Shown: positions 58,900 to 64,000 of the stretch, piece by piece
Layout of the letters: every line of letters begins with the position of its first letter
How positions within the stretch are numbered: the first letter of the stretch is position 1
NCBI GenBank assembly: GCA_001179505.1
Contig: CDMY01000077.1
Span: 158,080-222,079, forward strand
Origin: Vitrella brassicaformis CCMP3155
Lineage: Eukaryota > Protista > Chromerida
Length of the DNA: 64,000 nucleotides
Reading direction: 5' to 3'
The notes under the pieces: generated by a model
The model's database searches: none
Told to the model about the DNA's origin: nothing
Seen by the model: only the letters and a program-made list of their open reading frames with translations
Position numbers and translations under genes: made by a program

Positions 58900-61590
58900 G
58901 CCAGCGGCCCAGGTGTGTGGACACCAGCACAACACACCATCATGATGACACGCATCGCCTCAGTGACATCTCCCTGTCTGCAGATCTGCCCACGATGATT
59001 AAGAGGTGCCTCTGGTTGTCCTCTACTGAAGCAGCCATACACACGAGGTGAGAACGGCATCACAGCCGCAACAGGCAGACCGAACTGTTTTCACTCATTC
59101 CTCTGTGGGTGCCGTGTACTTCCGGCGACAGAAGGGGAGGCGTCTGAGTGCCACATGAGCCAGGCAGGCTACCTATATCTCGGGAAGATTCTCCCAATCA
59201 TGCCATGCAGATGGGGTCGGTGGGTGGAGGGTGCGTGTGAGTGTGTTAATAGGGGCTCGGCAGGGGCTGACTGACTGACTGACTGATCGCAGCCAGGGGT
59301 GCGCACAGAGAGATGTTTGGACGGACGGACGGAGAGAGGGGGAGTGATGATCGAAGTACTTCCATGTATATTTGCTGCAGCTAGCTTTATGTGTCGCTGC
59401 TTGCTTGCAATTTGCAGACACGATTGTGACTACGAAAGGCGTTAATTAACACGGCATGCACGAGGCCATCCACCCACCCATTGTCTGTCTGTCGTCTCGA
59501 TGGTCAGCCGCACTGTCTGGACTGGATGGGTGTGGTGTCAGTGGGCCTCGTCCACTCGTGAATGATGTGTGAACGAGACCCACCAGCGCCATACCATCAT
59601 CACAGCAGCAGCACAACACACACGGCACTCACATCCATCGCACTCCCACGACCTCCCTGCAGCCACTCGTCAGGCCTGCCTGTCTGGTATTTGTCGTGCA
59701 CTCGTCAAGTCACCTGACACGTTTAGTCAGCGGCCATTCCATGAGTGAGTGATAGATAAACGGTTGACAGCCACAGCCACACCACACACAAATGAAGGAA
59801 TGAATCAGCATCAATGCGATGATAGCTAACCGAACCAAGCAGGAGCATGCAATTCACACACACCCATTTATCCATCCATCCATCCATCCAGGCACTCGTT
59901 TATCCCGGCAAGAACAAGATACACAACAGACAGACAGACAGACAGCCAGACGGTCGAGAAGGCGCCATTCCAATCATACGGCCATGCATGTCAGTTCTCT
60001 CTCCCACGCGTTCACGACGGCCACGGTACGGATTGGAATCAACCGCCTGTCTTCCCCCCGCTCAGCCGCAACTGGCGCCTCCACGACTGGCGCTTCCTGG
60101 AGCAGACAGCGTATGCCGTGAGCGTTGGCCGTTGGGCGAGCAAAGGAACATGACTGACTGACTGACTGACAGGTTGGCATGGCAAGAGATACGATACCAC
60201 ATAATCACAAGTCCATCCAATCGGTCACACGTCATTTGCATAAAACACTTACATGAGATGGTGGATGGACAGTAGTGAGTGAGTGGGTGGGTGGTACGTA
60301 GGTACAGCTGGAGGGCTTCAGCAAGCAAGTACTCATAGCAGGCAGGCGGTGTAGAGTGCGGCCGGACAGTGCGCTGTCAGCGGCAGGCAGCTGTGAAAAG
60401 TCAATCAAGGACCACACACACACATGAGGTGGCCAAGTTGCCACGCCAATATTTACTCAAATAAATGAATGGCTGCCGTGCCGCCGCCGTACGGTCGGGA
60501 TGGGAAAAGGAGAGCGATGCCGAGTACCACGAAAGGCGATCGTCATGGCTTGACGATGGCACAATGTCATTCATCTGCGGGGCGCAAAGGGCAGGACAAA
60601 AGCGATGAATGACGAGGTCAGCTACTCACTCACCTATATGCACCCACCATACATACATACATAAACACACTGACTGCAATCAGGTTAATTAGGTAGGTGG
60701 TGGGTGAGTGGGATCAGTGCATGGCCGGCATGCAGCCAGCCAGCCATTCACACAGTCAGTCAGTCCGAAGCAAGTAAGCAAGTAGGTAGGTGTATATATT
60801 GTATGTGTGTTCCCGTTTGTGAGCTTACAAGTGCCACACATCACTGCACTGGTCACGATGCACACACACACACATTTGCATACGCACCGATGCACACACC
60901 ATACCATGTGTGTGTGTGTCTGTGTGGAGGTGGCTGGTTGTGACTGAGATGCTCTCTCTTCTCTGCCAGAAAGACAGACAGACAGACGGATACGTACTTA
61001 TATATGTGTGAGGGCTTCTGACTAGGCCAGCCAGCCACCTGGCCAGTGCAGGCAGCCAGTACATCACATGAACACAGGTAGATAGATAGATGATGAGCTG
61101 TGCGCCGACACAAGGAGCTGTCTGTCGATGGGATGTGCTGGCGGGATGGGCCCACACCTCAGTAAGTGCTGGTGTCCGGCGGGCGGAGGCTGGACGACGC
61201 GGCCGGCCAGCGACGAAAAACAAACAGCACAGGCGGACAGAGAGATCGAAGGCTGTGTGTGCATCGATCGATCTTGTCGGTCGGCATGTGTGTGCCGGAG
61301 TGAGTGAGTGGGTGGATGGCCACCGTGTCGCGGGCCGCTAAGCAAAACACACCGGCAAAGCAGGAGAGGAGCATGCTGTGAGTGAGTCTGTGGGTGCCTG
61401 CAGTAAGTAAGGTAAGCCTGCCTATACATATGGCCATACAAACATACCAGACATACATACATGTGAGTGGAGTTAGTAAGTCGAATGAACCGTACCGTGG
61501 ACCAAAAATACAATAAATACGCAGTCAGTCAATCAGTCAGTCAGCAGTAGTAACTCGACATGGATGCACACAGGCATGGCGTTACGCTCA
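58900..61590. repeat. Second microsatellite mosaic (~2.7 kb)
   Basis: (CAGA)n, (CATC)n, (CAGC)n, (GTAG)n, (GATA)n and (CA)n tracts; no supported CDS. Confidence 0.8.
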
Positions 61591-61595
61591 CACCT

Positions 61596-64000
61596 CTACA
61601 CGCATCTCACGCGCCCATCCATCCGCACAGAAAGGTCACTTTGGAAGAGGGCAAAGAGAGCATAAGGCACCCATACACACACGGGCCCCTGACACCACCC
61701 ATCCATCCATCCATCCACCACCAACACGACACACTGTCGACACAAACGAACGGGCGCGGGTACCCTTGGCAGCAGGCGGGGCCATACTGCGGTGACTCGG
61801 TGGTACTGTACGGCTCCGACGGGCCACGCCGGAGATCGTCTGGACGGGACAGTGGTGGCGTCCTCGAGCTCCACACGTGGGGCGGTGGGGGCCGAGATGG
61901 CGGCGCCTGCATTAAGGCCGGCCGCGACGGCAAGCCCAGCACCATCGAGCCCCCTATTCTCTGACGCACACACTCCACTCCCCTCATCCACCGTGCGTGG
62001 CGCCAGAAGCATGTCACCGCGACACAGGATCAGCAGCAGCAGCAGCAGCCCGGTCAGGGCGACGCTGTCCATCGCAGGGGCACCATGGACAGGCGTGGCG
62101 TGGCGTGCCGGGCAGGTCACCTGACGGAGGAGCCACGGCACTACGCTACCGTCAGCTGGAGTGGTCGGAGCGGCCCGACATCGGCATCGGGAGGAAGGTG
62201 GAGCGGCCCATAGAGGACGACCGAAGCAGCAGCATCCAGTCCACACCCGAAGCAGACGGATCATCCATCCATCCAAACGACGCCGACCGACAGAAACGCG
62301 CTGAGCCACAGGGACCTGAACGCATTCATAAACACATCGCACACACACACAGACAGATGCACCCGTCCATTCATCCAAGATGCAGCTAGGTCTGTCTTTC
62401 TGTCTCTCTGTGCGCGCTGTGTTTCACTTACCAGGGATGGATGAAGTGGTGGCGAAGAAGGGCTGCTGTCCAGCTGGACTCTAAAGGCACGCACTTCCGA
62501 AGAAATGACTTGCCGATGAAGGCACGCACTTCCGAAGAAATGACTTGCCGATGAAGGCACGCACTTCCGAAGAAATGACTTGCCCGAGTCAGCCAGACAG
62601 ACAGCCCATCGCCTCCACCTACACACACAGACAATTCATTTCCCATCATGTGTGTGTGTGTGTGTGTGTGTGTGGATTTCATCCTTCCCTGGTCTGCTTA
62701 CTTAGTACTTTGCTTGGGGTGGGTTGGCATGGTGGTGGTGGTGGTGGTCATTGGGGGCGAAGAAGACATCGTACAGGTCGACCAGCAGCCGCTGAAAGTG
62801 GTCGAACATGTACTCCGCCACAGAGAAGATCGCCAGTATGCACCGCCCTCCTGGTCTGCTGTTCGAGGACACTCGCCGACGAGCAGGAGGTCCTCTCGCC
62901 CGTCCGCAAGGGTCGGAGACGCCGCCCTTGGTGAAGGGCGCCATCTGCTGCACTGTGGTGGCGGGGCCGCGGTTAGTAGATGCGTGTGGCTTGGACTCCT
63001 TGACGATGTCGCTGTCGATGGGGCTTTCCTCGATGGGCGACAGACGGCTGCTGTTGCCGGGGATGTCTCGCGGGACGTGTGGCGAACTGACTCGTCCTCA
63101 CGTGTGGCGATGTTGGGGGCCGCCGACGAGGGGGGCTGGGGCCACAGACGGGGCAGCAAAACTCGTGGGGCTGAAGCAAACCAAATCAACAAAGGGCAAA
63201 GGAATATATCAACACCACAGCACAGCACACATGGACCAGTGAATGAATGGATACAGAGGTATGTATGTATGGATGTATGTGGTTCTGCCAGTGTGTCAAT
63301 CAGTGGTTTTCTTCGCACCGTTCTGACGGCCGTGTCTTTTTAGGGCTGCCACCTTCATCGACGGCAGGGGACGCGCTGAAATCACCTATATATATGACAT
63401 ACGACTGACGTCAGAACAGACCGACAGGCAGACAGACAGTCGGGATCCATTGATGGTGCGTACGCGCGGTGCTTACGTACCCTTCCTCGGCAGCAGGAGT
63501 GAGTGCGTTGTGAGTCTTTCGAGCCGCGGGCAGGTGCGTCCAGGCGATCTCCTCCCTTGGGCGTGGTGACGGCAGTCCCTGCCTCTGCTGTGGGGGAGGA
63601 TGTGTGCGGCTCCATCGCCCCCGCCGCACAAGCGGTGGTGGTGGCCTTGGTCGTGATGCTACTTGGCCGACCCACTCCTGTCCGTCCTGTCCGTCCGCGC
63701 CGCCCCTCCCTTGGCCCCATCGTGTCCCTCCCTCTATCGGCCCTCTCGCCACTGGCACCCTCTCCACCACCAGCCCCCGCCGCCGCCCTACTATCGGCCG
63801 TCTTGGTCCTGTGCTTGGCAGGTCGGTGTGTGTGGTGGTGTGGGTCATGGTCCTTCCTGGGCAGTGGTGTGTCGTCATCTTCAGAGGCGCCTCGTGAGGT
63901 GGCGCTGCCGCTTCGCGACCGGTGTGCCAGGCGACACATGGCCGTGTGCTTGGCCAACACCTTGGGCGAGAACCGCGTGTCGCAATGGGGACACAACTCG
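61596..64000 (-). CDS. 3' part of a C2HC-type zinc-finger protein with a long disordered region and a C-terminal hydrophobic segment; starts beyond the window
   Basis: CPHCDTRFSPKVLAKHTAMC (CxxC-x10-H-x3-C, zf-C2HC_2-like) at the window end. A phase-compatible GT-AG exon chain runs through the frames of ORFs 63382-63996, 62698-63318, 62261-62626 and 61596-62378 (contains VALTGLLLLLLILC). Downstream exons are less certain. Confidence 0.55.
62484..62584. repeat. Perfect 35-bp tandem repeat, ~2.9 copies
   Basis: aaggcacgcacttccgaagaaatgacttgcc(gatg) starting at 62484, 62519 and 62554; no spacers. Confidence 0.95.

Noticed and set aside
62484-62584. 35-bp direct repeats as a CRISPR array
   Set aside because: Copies are contiguous with no unique spacers, there are no cas genes, and the context is eukaryotic.
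63086-63100. In-frame TGA (63100-63098) in an alternative frame of the C2HC gene, read as selenocysteine or as a 15-nt intron (gtgaggacgagtcag)
   Set aside because: A fully open, phase-compatible frame exists through the same exon; other introns here are about 60 nt or longer; no SECIS was identified.
1-64000. tRNA, rRNA, snRNA genes or prokaryotic operons
   Set aside because: No cloverleaf with a T-loop/B-box in non-coding context, no rRNA-like sequence, and genes are spliced throughout. This was by eye only; tRNAscan-SE and Infernal were not run.

Overview
Eukaryotic, GC-rich, intron-dense genomic DNA. Introns are short (about 60-200 nt), GT-AG, and rich in (GT)n/(CTGT)n. The intron style, a fibrillin with a bipartite plastid leader, an alveolate-type CCCH finger and a lineage-expanded ankyrin-like family point to a plastid-bearing alveolate, most likely the chromerid Vitrella brassicaformis (inference). 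Because of splicing, most ORF-track entries are exon fragments or shadow frames, so genes were rebuilt by hand from splice sites. In order: a single-domain voltage-gated cation channel with EF-hands (filter TLEGW; 5'-truncated, with a frame break near 2750); a large coiled-coil hypothetical gene; a PAP/fibrillin; a decayed EFSec/SelB fragment carrying an 8-bp target-site-like footprint; copy A of a ~5-kb head-to-head [ankyrin-like + DMT/EamA transporter] module with a 300-N gap; a Pif1/Helitron-like remnant; COG1 divergent from a CCCH zinc-finger gene; an 8-kb microsatellite mosaic; inverted copy B of the module; a 5-exon CDA-fold (HxE/PCxxC) deaminase starting only 87 bp after the stop of an ~11-kb NO VEIN/sacsin-type GHKL ATPase-DUF3883 nuclease gene; two tandem paralogues of an unrecognised small Cys-motif protein family; a second microsatellite mosaic; and the 3' part of a C2HC zinc-finger gene. 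No rRNA, tRNA or CRISPR array was seen. The best leads are the NOV ATPase-nuclease/deaminase pair, the inverted module whose ankyrin repeats diverge much faster than the adjacent transporter, and the new small-protein family. All family assignments come from motif recognition, not database searches.
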